A model generated the notes under the pieces. The model was not told the origin of the DNA. It ran no database searches and was given only the letters and a program-made list of their open reading frames with translations. 34,231 nt of DNA from the NCBI GenBank assembly GCA_038883855.1, contig JAVZLH010000012.1, forward strand, positions 1 to 34,231. Direction: 5' to 3'. This DNA comes from Candidatus Bathyarchaeia archaeon. Lineage in GTDB: Archaea > Thermoproteota > Bathyarchaeia > Bathyarchaeales > Bathycorpusculaceae. The stretch's first letter is position 1; every line of letters begins with the position of its first letter. Positions 19,529 to 29,071 of the stretch are shown in pieces. The translations under genes were made by a program, and so were the position numbers.

Positions 19529-21433
19529 ATGATAAGTGGCGTATCAATAACCTTTGAACCTGAAGGTAAAAAAATAGAAACGCCTATTGGAACCACAATT
19601 TTACGAGCAACCGAGGAAGCGGGAGTTAGCATTAGATCCGAATGTGGCGGCACAGGTAGCTGTGGAAAATGTAAAGTAATTGTAAAAAACTCTGACGCCG
19701 TAAGTAGTGTAACGGAGATTGAACGGAAACATTTATCCCACTTAGAGATAGACAACGGTTACAGACTGGCTTGCCAAACCAAGATCCTCCGAAATGTTGC
19801 AGTGGAGATCCCGTCGGAAAGCCGGCGGGTATCCCCCAAGATTCAAGTATTAGGCTTAGAAAGAACAGTGAAATTAAACCCTTCAGTAAAGAAGTTTCAC
19901 CTGCTACTGCCTAAACCGACATTACACGATATTACGCCCGACCTCGAAAGACTTTTAGATGTCTTATCAGAGAAAGTTCAGAAAGCAGGTGACTTGGAAA
20001 TTAACTATGAAATTCTGAAGGAGCTGCCTTTTGTCCTCCGAGATGCAAATTGGGACATCACGGTAACCATATGGAATAATCGTAAGATTATTGCTGTTGA
20101 GCCTGGTGATACGACCTCTGACTTGTTCGGCTTTGCCATAGATATTGGTACCTCAAAAATAGTTGGTCATCTAGTCGACCTAACTTCAGGCAAAACTGTT
20201 GCGATTGGATCCGTTGAAAACCCGCAAATTATCTACGGAGAGGATGTGATAACGCGAATAACATTTGCAGCCACCAATAACGCCAATCTTGAGATGTTGC
20301 AGAGGCTTGTAATTGATGGAATAAACAAAGTTCTACATGAAACATGCAAAAGCGCAAGAGTTAATCAAAGCATGGTTTATGAAGTTGTTGCGGTTGGCAA
20401 CACGGCTATGCATCACTTTCTTCTAGCAATTCAACCAAAGTATACTGCACTTTCACCTTACGTGCCAGCAATAAAAAGACATTTAAACGTCAAAGCCAAG
20501 GAACTGAATATAAATATAAACCCTTTTGGTATAGTTACTGTTCCACCGATTATTGCGGGGTTTGTCGGGGGCGACGCCATTGCGGACGTTTTGGCCACTG
20601 GAATATGCGTGTCGAATGAACTGTCCTTACTGGTTGACATAGGAACAAACACTGAAGTTTTCGTTGGAAACTCTGAGGATTTACTTTCATGCTCATGCGC
20701 TTCTGGACCAGCCTTCGAAGGAATGCATATAAAACATGGCATGAAAGCCTTTACAGGCGCCATAGAAAGAGTTAGCATAAATTCGAATTTTGATGTTGAG
20801 TATGAAACCATAGGGAGTGAGAAACCTGCTGGATTATGCGGATCAGCAATGATTGACGCTGTAGCGGAAATGTTTAAGCATGGAATAATAAACAGCCAAG
20901 GAAGATTTAATCGGCAAATAGAGACCCCAAGATTCAAAGAAAACAACGGTGAAGTAGAATTTGTAATAGCTTGGGGGCACGAAACAGCTACAGGTAAGGA
21001 AATCACAGTAACGCAGAAGGATATTCGTGAAATACAGCTGGCGAAGGCGGCCATATACGCAGGATGTTCAATTTTAATGAAGAGGAAAAACGTCATGGAA
21101 AAAGAGCTTGACAGAGTTTTAGTTGCTGGCGCCTTAGGAAACTACGTCAATCCGGGAAATGCTAAGGTTTTAGGTCTTTTGCCAGATATACCAGTGGAGA
21201 AGATGAGGTTTGTCGGTAACACGGCGGTTGTAGGCGCCAAAATGATGTTACTTTCCCAAAATTTCAGGAAAAAGGCTGATGCTATATCCAGAAAGGTTCG
21301 TTATTTAGAGCTTGCGGCGGATCCAAGCTTCAAGGTGGAATTTTTGAAAGCTACGTTTATTCCACATAAAGATTTAAATAGATTTCCTTCGGTCAAAAGC
21401 AGTCTAAGAGGTCTTAGAAATGTTCAAATTTGA
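19529..21433 (+). CDS. Reductive activator of corrinoid proteins (RACo/DUF4445; 2Fe-2S plus ASKHA ATPase)
   Basis: CGGTGSCGKC...RLACQ; DIGTS, GNTAMHH, FVGGD, DIGTNTE, GPAFEG, GLCGS, QLAKAA. Confidence 0.92.
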   Translation: MISGVSITFEPEGKKIETPIGTTILRATEEAGVSIRSECGGTGSCGKCKVIVKNSDAVSSVTEIERKHLSHLEIDNGYRLACQTKILRNVAVEIPSESRRVSPKIQVLGLERTVKLNPSVKKFHLLLPKPTLHDITPDLERLLDVLSEKVQKAGDLEINYEILKELPFVLRDANWDITVTIWNNRKIIAVEPGDTTSDLFGFAIDIGTSKIVGHLVDLTSGKTVAIGSVENPQIIYGEDVITRITFAATNNANLEMLQRLVIDGINKVLHETCKSARVNQSMVYEVVAVGNTAMHHFLLAIQPKYTALSPYVPAIKRHLNVKAKELNININPFGIVTVPPIIAGFVGGDAIADVLATGICVSNELSLLVDIGTNTEVFVGNSEDLLSCSCASGPAFEGMHIKHGMKAFTGAIERVSINSNFDVEYETIGSEKPAGLCGSAMIDAVAEMFKHGIINSQGRFNRQIETPRFKENNGEVEFVIAWGHETATGKEITVTQKDIREIQLAKAAIYAGCSILMKRKNVMEKELDRVLVAGALGNYVNPGNAKVLGLLPDIPVEKMRFVGNTAVVGAKMMLLSQNFRKKADAISRKVRYLELAADPSFKVEFLKATFIPHKDLNRFPSVKSSLRGLRNVQI

Positions 21434-22325
21434 AAAGGAACAGAAAATTTTTGATGTTGCAGGTGTGAAAGTTGGAGGACAACCAGGTCAGTATCCAACA
21501 GTGATGATTGGAAGCATATTTTATCACAAACACAAAATTGTGAAGGATGAAAAGAAAGGTGAATTCGACAAAGAAAAAGCCGAAAAGCTGTTGAAGAGAG
21601 AAGAGGAAATTTCGGAGAAAACTGGGAATAAAAGAATAATTGACATCTGTAGTTCATGGCCTCAAGCCTTCGAAAAGTATATCGACTTTGTAGCGAACGT
21701 AGCTGACGCGCCCTTCTCCATAGATGGAGCAACAGCAGAGGTAAGAATCGCCGGAGCCCAATACGTTAGAGAAGTAGGTCTATCTGAAAGAGCAGTTTAT
21801 AACTCAATATTGCCACACATAAAAGAAGAAGAAATATCAGCAATAAAAGAAGCAAAAATAAAGTCCGCTATATTGCTTACACTTAATATGAAGAATCCAA
21901 CAGTATCTGGAAGGTTACAAGTACTCGATGATCTTCTCACTATAGCCCAAAAAGCTGGAATAGAAAACTTTCTGATAGATACGACGGTTTTTGACTTGCC
22001 AGATCCAGGACCAGTTAGCAAGGCAATTTATCTTGTAAAGGAAAGGTATGGCTTACCAGCAGGAGCGGGCACGCATAACGCAGTTGATAGATGGAAGGAA
22101 AGACGAAAACTCGATCAAACACAATGTTTAGTTGCAAGTAGTGTAGCTAACGTCTTTCCTATAGCCTTGGGAGCTAATTTTATACTCTACGGGCCGATAG
22201 AGAACGCAGCAAATGCGTACTTTTACTGTGCGCTAGCTGATGCTTACGTTGCCTACTGTGCAATGCAGGAATTTGGAATAAAACCATTAATTAGGGAACA
22301 CCCATTATTCAGAATATTTAGGTAA
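21420..22325 (+). CDS. mtrH: Stand-alone MtrH-like methylcorrinoid:pterin methyltransferase (MtgA/MtoA-like)
   Basis: MFKFEKEQKIFDVAGVKVGGQPGQYPTVMIGSIFY, YNSI, GAGTHNA, GANFILYGPIENA; no other mtr subunits in the window. Confidence 0.88.
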   Translation: MFKFEKEQKIFDVAGVKVGGQPGQYPTVMIGSIFYHKHKIVKDEKKGEFDKEKAEKLLKREEEISEKTGNKRIIDICSSWPQAFEKYIDFVANVADAPFSIDGATAEVRIAGAQYVREVGLSERAVYNSILPHIKEEEISAIKEAKIKSAILLTLNMKNPTVSGRLQVLDDLLTIAQKAGIENFLIDTTVFDLPDPGPVSKAIYLVKERYGLPAGAGTHNAVDRWKERRKLDQTQCLVASSVANVFPIALGANFILYGPIENAANAYFYCALADAYVAYCAMQEFGIKPLIREHPLFRIFR

Positions 22326-22548
22326 AAATATTTAATTAAAAAGAATAATGGATAATCCCATTCGGTGTCGCTATTTGTTTTTGATTTATTGCTGGTAAGC
22401 CTATTTAACAGATGAAGTTTCTACCGAGCTGAAGCAGAATTCAACTGCATATCTTTGATTAAACCTTGTTAACGCTTTTTGTTACGATAATTACACATGC
22501 GGCGATTAATAGGCTTTGTTTACGCCCAATAACTTCTACTTCATCATT

Positions 22549-23652
22549 TTAGATATTTATTGGGTACTTCCCGTATTTTCTTCCTGTTTCAACCATGGCT
22601 AGGCAGTTTTCCAGCTTTGCATCGGTGTACCATGAATTGCTTGAACATAGAAAGTGTCCTCCACCCGGGGATGCCTTTCGTATGCATTCTTTTGTTTCCT
22701 CCACCACTTCTTCTCTACTTTTTTTAGCTAGGCTGTCCACAGCCACATTCCCCATCAACACGAGTTTATCTCCGTACTTTGCTTTGACCTTGCCGATGTC
22801 TACTCCGGCTGATGGATCAAGTGAGTGTAGGCCGTCAACGATGCTCGCCAAGTCATCTAAAAGCATATTCACATTTCCATCGGTGTGTTTGATGAACTTC
22901 AGTCCCCTTTTGTTTGCAACCTCAACTTGCTTCTTCAAGTTTGGAAAGATGATCTCTCTGAAGTATTTAACTGGAACCATAGGCCCCATCTTCTCACAAT
23001 AGTCTCCTCCACTGATGATGAAGTCTACTCCAATGTCGGCGAGTTGCTTTATGATCTCAACGTTGAAGTCTGTTAGTTTCTCCATGGCTTTTCGTATAAG
23101 TCGAGGTTCTGCATACATCCACCTGACAAAGTTTATAGGCGTAAACATTTCCCAAGCATGGCCAAAGGGATCTCTTATAAAAGCAGCTATAGCCATCTCA
23201 TCTTTAACAATTTTCTTCATATACTCCAGGCCGAAAGTACGCCCAGAAGCGTGTGGATCTGGAAATGCGAATTTCTCAAAGTCTTCAGGGACTTGGAATA
23301 TACTGCGATACGGAAACCATGATTTACATCGAGAGTCGTAAATTAAAACTCTTCCCCACTCATCAACAATAGTTCCATCCGGATTCTTTACAGATTTCCA
23401 TTCATCTGGAGCAGAAAGATCACATGTAATTACATCAAACTTGAGCTTTCTATAACACTCCGTCTTAATCTCAACTTTTGTTGCCTCCGTTTTTCGGTCA
23501 GCGGAAACCGCGGTTTGCAGTGACACTTGACCAGAAAATGTTTTCCCAGTTAAAGCTTCTATATGAGGGACATCAATATCCATCTCTGTGATGGGAACAG
23601 TATCCGGCTCCTCTATGTTAAGTGTTTTTAAAGCTCTTTCTTTTCTGTTCAT
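22549..23652 (-). CDS. UroD/MetE-superfamily corrinoid methyltransferase (probable substrate-specific MT1)
   Basis: ERALKTL..EEPDTVP, VDEWG, GGD, KHTDGN, LMGNV, PGGGHFLCSSN; coupled to the corrinoid protein gene. Confidence 0.8.
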   Translation of the reverse strand: MNRKERALKTLNIEEPDTVPITEMDIDVPHIEALTGKTFSGQVSLQTAVSADRKTEATKVEIKTECYRKLKFDVITCDLSAPDEWKSVKNPDGTIVDEWGRVLIYDSRCKSWFPYRSIFQVPEDFEKFAFPDPHASGRTFGLEYMKKIVKDEMAIAAFIRDPFGHAWEMFTPINFVRWMYAEPRLIRKAMEKLTDFNVEIIKQLADIGVDFIISGGDYCEKMGPMVPVKYFREIIFPNLKKQVEVANKRGLKFIKHTDGNVNMLLDDLASIVDGLHSLDPSAGVDIGKVKAKYGDKLVLMGNVAVDSLAKKSREEVVEETKECIRKASPGGGHFLCSSNSWYTDAKLENCLAMVETGRKYGKYPINI

Positions 23653-24308
23653 AAGGAGCCTCCGCCTACTAAAAGTTTTGCTATTTTAACGGCCTCAGCA
23701 GCGTTACTGCCATAAGCATCGGCCCCTATTTTCTCGGCGAATTCTGATGTTATCGGTCTGCCACCGACCATAATTTTTACGTTTCCTCTCAAACCAACTC
23801 TACTGAGTTCTTCGATTACTTTCCTCATCTCATCTATACCCATTGTTAGAAGGCAGCTCATGGCTAAAATGTCGGGTCTTTCTTTTTCAATGGCCTCCAC
23901 GAACTTCTCACATGGAACATCGATTCCAAGGTCGACAACGCTGAACCCAGAAGAAGATAGCATGGCGATAACGATGTTTTTGCCTATATCATGTAGGTCT
24001 CCCCTAACGGTACCTATGACCACCTTTCCAATTGGTTTCTCGGTTGACTTCCCTAAATGAGGCTTTAATATGCTTGTGATTTCAGTAGCTATAACCCCTG
24101 CCATAATTAGTTCTGAAAGGAAATATTCTCCCGTTTCATATTTTTGCCCAACGATTTCTAATCCCTTGCTCATTGCATTCACAACGTCCACTGGGTCGAT
24201 CCCTGAGTCCAACGCTTCGGTAACGATATTTTTAGCGTTCTCAACACCTCCAAGTTCTGATATCACAGTTTGGATCTCTTTTAAGAGCCGATGTGTATCC
24301 AAACCCAT
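23649..24308 (-). CDS. Corrinoid (B12-binding) methyl-carrier protein
   Basis: Cap domain GQKYETGEYFLSELI; GDLHDIGKN, SCLLT, VGG, IGADAYG. Confidence 0.93.
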   Translation of the reverse strand: MGLDTHRLLKEIQTVISELGGVENAKNIVTEALDSGIDPVDVVNAMSKGLEIVGQKYETGEYFLSELIMAGVIATEITSILKPHLGKSTEKPIGKVVIGTVRGDLHDIGKNIVIAMLSSSGFSVVDLGIDVPCEKFVEAIEKERPDILAMSCLLTMGIDEMRKVIEELSRVGLRGNVKIMVGGRPITSEFAEKIGADAYGSNAAEAVKIAKLLVGGGSL

Positions 24309-24447
24309 TTATCTTTTCCACTCCTTGAAACATTTTTTATGAGATATTTATTTAAGCCTTTACAATTTTAGGTTAATCAAGTCGCTTGACATATCAGTCC
24401 AAGAGTGATATTTTACGGCTTATCTAAACCTCTAATATCGCTATACA

Positions 24448-25332
24448 TCACCCAGTTTTCATTTCTCTCCATCGATTGTCTACCAATTTTTGTAAGGTTT
24501 CTATTTGTTTTTCTGTTAGGTGTCTAAATCTTCCTTGAGACTTGATGTATTCTTTTACTGATATTCTTTTGGAGGGATCTACCGCGGTACAGCTTTCGCC
24601 CGTCAATTTGAATAGTCCGTTTTCTATCTCGTATAGAATCCATATACCAGTCCTGACGGCCAGTTTACCTATTTCTACCGTTTTGTTCATGTCAAACTGC
24701 CAGCCTGGAGGGCATGGACATAATATATGAATATACCTTGTGCCTTTTTTCTTTCTTGCTTTGCTAATTTTTTGGAATAGATCATGAGGATATGAAGAGC
24801 AGGCTGTCGCTACATACGGAATCTGATGCGCAGCCATAATTGACGGCATATCTTTCTTATATTGCTGCTTTCCTCTTACAGGAGTTGTTTTTGTTATGGC
24901 GCCGAACGGTGTTGTTCCTGAACATTGCACGCCAGTATTCATATAGGCTTCATTATCATAGCATATATAAAGCAGGTTTTCTCCTCTTTCAGCAACACCT
25001 GAAAGCGCTTGTATGCCTATATCAGATGTTCCTCCATCTCCGGCCCAGCCTACAACAATTATATCTTCTTTATTTTTGATCTTTAAGGCGGCAATTATTC
25101 CTGAAGCTAGTGAAGCTGTTGTCTCGAATGCTGTTTCAAACACTGGAATTTTAAATGGCGACTTTGGGAATAAGCCTGTAGTGGCTGCTGTGCAACCTGC
25201 AGGTATTACAAGAATTGTTTTTCTGCCTAATGCTTTCAAGGTATGTCGAAGCGCTAAAAAGCTTCCACAACCTGGGCAGCTTCCAAACCCTGGATATAGA
25301 TATTCTTCTTCAGGTAAACCAAGTATCTCCAT
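24448..25332 (-). CDS. porB: 2-oxoacid:ferredoxin oxidoreductase beta subunit
   Basis: CPGCG, GDGGTSDIG, DNEAYMNTG, CPCPPGW. Confidence 0.9.
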   Translation of the reverse strand: MEILGLPEEEYLYPGFGSCPGCGSFLALRHTLKALGRKTILVIPAGCTAATTGLFPKSPFKIPVFETAFETTASLASGIIAALKIKNKEDIIVVGWAGDGGTSDIGIQALSGVAERGENLLYICYDNEAYMNTGVQCSGTTPFGAITKTTPVRGKQQYKKDMPSIMAAHQIPYVATACSSYPHDLFQKISKARKKKGTRYIHILCPCPPGWQFDMNKTVEIGKLAVRTGIWILYEIENGLFKLTGESCTAVDPSKRISVKEYIKSQGRFRHLTEKQIETLQKLVDNRWREMKTG

Positions 25333-25343
25333 TTATACTCCCT

Positions 25344-26540
25344 TTATACCTTTAAGTTAATCCATTCAATTTCTTTTTCAACAACTCCCTTTTCAAGTTC
25401 TTTAAAGGTCTGTTCTATTGCATACCGCTGATCAGAACTTCTTATATCTCTACCTCCTAAACCCATTATAAAACCTTTTATTAATGGCCTATCAGACATA
25501 TTATAAAGAGCCGATTTAACCTCCATAAACAGTGAACCACAGTGACCAAATGAAAAGCTTCTATCGATCACCGCTATGGCCTTAACTTTTTTCGCAATCT
25601 CACGTAGGTTACTCACCGGGAAAGGTCGAAATGCTCTAACTTTTACGGCCCCGACCTTAAAACCTTCAAGTCGCATAGAGTCGACAACATCCTTCGCTTG
25701 AGCTGCAAAGGAACCTATACTTAAAATGACTACTTCGGCATCATCACAATGGTATTCCTCTAATAGATCACCGTGAAATCTTCCGAATTTCTCATCGAAT
25801 TCTTCACATACCTCTTTTATCTTCTTTATGGCTTTTAACATGGCCTCGTTTTGCATATATTTGTATTCCATGTACCAATCTGAGTCGGGTCTTAAAGGTG
25901 AACATGTAGGCACATAAGTTATAGGATTTTCAATGTTATCCAGCGCTAGTGCCAAGTTGTAATGGGGAAGAAACTCATCAACATCTTTTTGAGATGGAAT
26001 TTCCACCGGAGCTGCCGCGTGAGAAAGAGTGAAACCATCAGCACAAATCATAGCAGGAAGATGGATGTCTTCATCTTCGCATATTTTGTAACTCATTAAG
26101 ATTGTGTCTAATATTTCTTGGTTATTTTCAGCATAGAATTGCATCCAACCCGTGTCCCTTTGGGAAATAGAATCTTGATGGTCGCACCATAAACTCCAAG
26201 GCGCAGCAAGTGCACGATTGACTACATACATTACAATCGGAAGCCTTGTACCGGATGCCCAGTGAAGCATTTCATGCATTAAGGCTAGGCCTTGACTGCT
26301 CGTCGCCGTAAAAGTTCTTACACCACAAGAAGAAGCCCCAATCACCGCACTTAAGGCGCTATGTTCGCTTTCCACGCGTATAAGTTCAGCTAAAAGCTCT
26401 CCACTTTCAATAAATTCTGAGATATTTTCTACACATTCTGTTTGAGGGGTGATTGGATACGCGGCTATAACTTGCACTCTAGCAAGTTTCACCGCATATG
26501 CAACAGTTTCGTTTGCAGTGAGTATTTTAATGTCTTTCAT
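25344..26540 (-). CDS. porA: 2-oxoacid:ferredoxin oxidoreductase alpha subunit
   Basis: YPITPQT, ESEHSA, TATSSQG, VNRA, FRPFP, GLGGRD. Confidence 0.9.
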   Translation of the reverse strand: MKDIKILTANETVAYAVKLARVQVIAAYPITPQTECVENISEFIESGELLAELIRVESEHSALSAVIGASSCGVRTFTATSSQGLALMHEMLHWASGTRLPIVMYVVNRALAAPWSLWCDHQDSISQRDTGWMQFYAENNQEILDTILMSYKICEDEDIHLPAMICADGFTLSHAAAPVEIPSQKDVDEFLPHYNLALALDNIENPITYVPTCSPLRPDSDWYMEYKYMQNEAMLKAIKKIKEVCEEFDEKFGRFHGDLLEEYHCDDAEVVILSIGSFAAQAKDVVDSMRLEGFKVGAVKVRAFRPFPVSNLREIAKKVKAIAVIDRSFSFGHCGSLFMEVKSALYNMSDRPLIKGFIMGLGGRDIRSSDQRYAIEQTFKELEKGVVEKEIEWINLKV

Positions 26541-26812
26541 ACTTCGCTTTCCTCCATCATTTCAATCGCCTTTTTTGGGCATTCATTCGCACATATGCCG
26601 CATCCCTTACAAAAGTTATAATCTATTTCAGGATAACCCTCTTGATCTCTTCTGATAACACCATCTGGACAGTACAACCAACAGATCATGCATTTGCTAC
26701 AAGTTTCTCTTTGAATGTTTGGCCTTAATATCCGCCAATTACCAGTATATGCAACGGATGCAAAACCAGGTTTTGCAACTGGTTTTTCAGGAATTTTCTT
26801 TGAACTGCTCAT
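26537..26812 (-). CDS. porD: 2-oxoacid:ferredoxin oxidoreductase delta (ferredoxin) subunit
   Basis: TGNWR..RP, CSKCMICWLYCP, CKGCGICANECP. Confidence 0.92.
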   Translation of the reverse strand: MSSSKKIPEKPVAKPGFASVAYTGNWRILRPNIQRETCSKCMICWLYCPDGVIRRDQEGYPEIDYNFCKGCGICANECPKKAIEMMEESEV

Positions 26813-27393
26813 TTAATTTCTTCACCCACTAAAGTCTCCTTATATGCAATTTCAGCTGCCTTTGCATTTATTTCTCCAAGTTTCACCCCAAAGTGATCTA
26901 TAATTGCCCTCTTTATCGAGTTTATAGAAACAAAATTAGTTGTTTTGGCAAAAGCACCCAACATCGGTGCGTTAACTACAAAAAAACCTGCAACCTTTAG
27001 GTTGAGCATCCTTGATACATTGAAAGCATTGACGGTGGCTACTTTATGTTTTCTAGCCCAGAGGATTTCAGAAGGCTTTAGTTTAGTATTTAATATAACA
27101 TAACCAGTAGGCTTTAAACCCTCGATAATATTAGGCGTCTTAGATAGTGAAGGATCTAGAATGATAACAACATCAGGTTCGTATATTTGATGCCTAATCC
27201 TAATTTCGTGCTGACTTATTCGGGTAAAGGAAAGAACAGGAGCACCTCTACGTTCCATTCCGAAAAATGGAATAGATTGTACTCCCTTAAATCCGTCTAG
27301 AATTGCGGCATGAGCTAAAATTTTACTCGCAACCACAGCGCCTTGCCCGCCTCTACCATGCCAACGAACTTCAATTATTTTCTTGTCTTCCAT
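26809..27393 (-). CDS. porG: 2-oxoacid:ferredoxin oxidoreductase gamma subunit
   Basis: EVRWHGRGGQG, FGMERRGAPV, PDVVIILD, NAPMLGA. Confidence 0.92.
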   Translation of the reverse strand: MEDKKIIEVRWHGRGGQGAVVASKILAHAAILDGFKGVQSIPFFGMERRGAPVLSFTRISQHEIRIRHQIYEPDVVIILDPSLSKTPNIIEGLKPTGYVILNTKLKPSEILWARKHKVATVNAFNVSRMLNLKVAGFFVVNAPMLGAFAKTTNFVSINSIKRAIIDHFGVKLGEINAKAAEIAYKETLVGEEIK

Positions 27394-27410
27394 TACTCAT
27401 AACCCGTGTC

Positions 27411-27740
27411 TTACAGCCTCATCCGATATTTTTCAGTTATCTTACGCACCTTTTCCAATATTTCAATTTCGTTCACCATTACAGTTATTTTTCATGCATC
27501 ACTACCTACCACTATGATTACTGTTTCTACGCCATCACCAGTGGCGGAATCCAGTATATTAGAAAGTAGATTATGCAAGGAAACCGCTTAGGATTTTTCA
27601 TGTTCATTGTTGCACAACGCTCGTTGGAGTTTTCCTTAATGGTTCAACGTCTTTTTCATCCATATAAAGTACGCGAGCAAGAACATTCGAACCGAGAACG
27701 CCAAGATTTTAAAGATGTTCTGCCTTTGAGGTTGTCGTTC
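27411..27740 (-). pseudogene. Degraded amidohydrolase (MtaD/SsnA/AtzA-like deaminase)
   Basis: Manual translation: AEHL*NLGVLGSNVLA..LYMDEKDVEPLRKTPTSVV / NMK ... LHNLLSNILDSATGDGVETVII / VNEIEILEKVRKITEKY; stops, frameshifts and an internal deletion. Confidence 0.65.
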
Positions 27741-27860
27741 AAGAGTTTTCTCAAAGATTTTGTTTAATTGATAAATGTACTTGGCTGACAAGATAACAAA
27801 TGCGTATTAGGAAAAAGGTTAATTAGAATGAGGCATACTTTGTGAGCTAAGGTAATTAGC

Positions 27861-28652
27861 ATGAGTATCGACGAAAATAAAATAGAAGAGATTGCTAAAC
27901 AGTTACTGGAAGCAGAAGACAAACGAAAGCCTATAGACCCCATAACTGATAAAAATCCCAAAATTACCATTGAAGACGCGTACAAAATTCAATTGAGAAT
28001 TGTAGACTTTAAAAAGCAGAGGGGTCAGATAATCGTCGGTAAAAAAATAGGTTTAACAAGCAAGGGTATTCAAAATCTTCTTGGTGTTAACGAGCCAGAT
28101 TACGGGCATATTCTAAACAAAATGGTGATTTATGAGGGGGAACCACTCAGCCTCTCGCAATTAATACAACCTAAAGTAGAGGCAGAAATTGCCTTTCTCC
28201 TTAAAAAAGACTTAAACGGCCCAGGCGTGACCGTAGCAGATGTTTTAGACGCCACGAAGGGGGTAATGCCAGCAATTGAGGTGATTGACAGTCGAATCAG
28301 GGACTGGAAGATAAAAATCCATGACACGGTAGCAGATAACGCATCAGGTGCACGAATATTATTGGCCGGGAGAATAATGCCCATTGAAGAAATTGACTTA
28401 CGATATATTGGAATGGTCTTAGAGAAAAATGGTGAAGTTGTTGCTACAGGCGCCGGAGCAGCTGTGCTTGGCAACCCTGTTCAAGCTGTTGCATGGCTTG
28501 CAAACAAACTTTACGAGTTCGACATAACCCTTAAATCAGGAGAAATAATCATGTCTGGTTCCTTTACAGCCGCTGTCCCAGTGTCATCAAACGATGTTAT
28601 AAAAGCCACATTTGATCATTTAGGTCCAGTGACATTAAAGTTTATTTTATAG
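27861..28652 (+). CDS. 2-keto-4-pentenoate hydratase / 4-oxalocrotonate decarboxylase-like (FAH superfamily)
   Basis: DAYKIQ, GKKIGLTS, EPDYG, PKVEAEIAF, EVIDSR, ADNAS, GNP..AVAWLAN, SGSFT. Confidence 0.88.
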   Translation: MSIDENKIEEIAKQLLEAEDKRKPIDPITDKNPKITIEDAYKIQLRIVDFKKQRGQIIVGKKIGLTSKGIQNLLGVNEPDYGHILNKMVIYEGEPLSLSQLIQPKVEAEIAFLLKKDLNGPGVTVADVLDATKGVMPAIEVIDSRIRDWKIKIHDTVADNASGARILLAGRIMPIEEIDLRYIGMVLEKNGEVVATGAGAAVLGNPVQAVAWLANKLYEFDITLKSGEIIMSGSFTAAVPVSSNDVIKATFDHLGPVTLKFIL

Positions 28653-28726
28653 GAAGTAAAATGAATTGCTCAAAAGATGATAATTGCAGGAAGTAGTGGA
28701 TAAGTTATTTTCTAATTTTTCCACAA

Positions 28727-28754
28727 TTTCCATTAGGGTAACGTCTAATGGAAA
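28727..28754. terminator. 10-bp inverted repeat downstream of the hydratase gene
   Basis: TTTCCATTAG-N8-CTAATGGAAA. Confidence 0.35.
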
Positions 28755-29071
28755 GTTGTTCGGTCCTTTTATTTGATGGAGGAAACAAGTTGAAACGATA
28801 TTTTCAAGAGGAAAACTAGACTTTAAATAAGTTCTTTAAATAGTCCATTTAGTTTTTATGAGAACGCTCATTTAGAGACATTTTGGCACCATTTGACACC
28901 GATTTGAGCTCTTTTCTCTTTCTATACTCCTCTAATGAATGGCATAAAGTTTTTGTTGACATTTTTAAACCATCAAGTAAAATCAAAAGCTACTTACCTT
29001 TTTGAAACTCATTTTAATGCTATTTTATGCTCAAAATAGGCAAAATTTGAGCGAAATTAACATTGCGAAGA

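Noticed and set aside
21420-22325. Evidence of methanogenesis from mtrH
   Set aside because: No mtrA-G or mcr genes in the window; stand-alone MtrH homologs are soluble methyltransferases.
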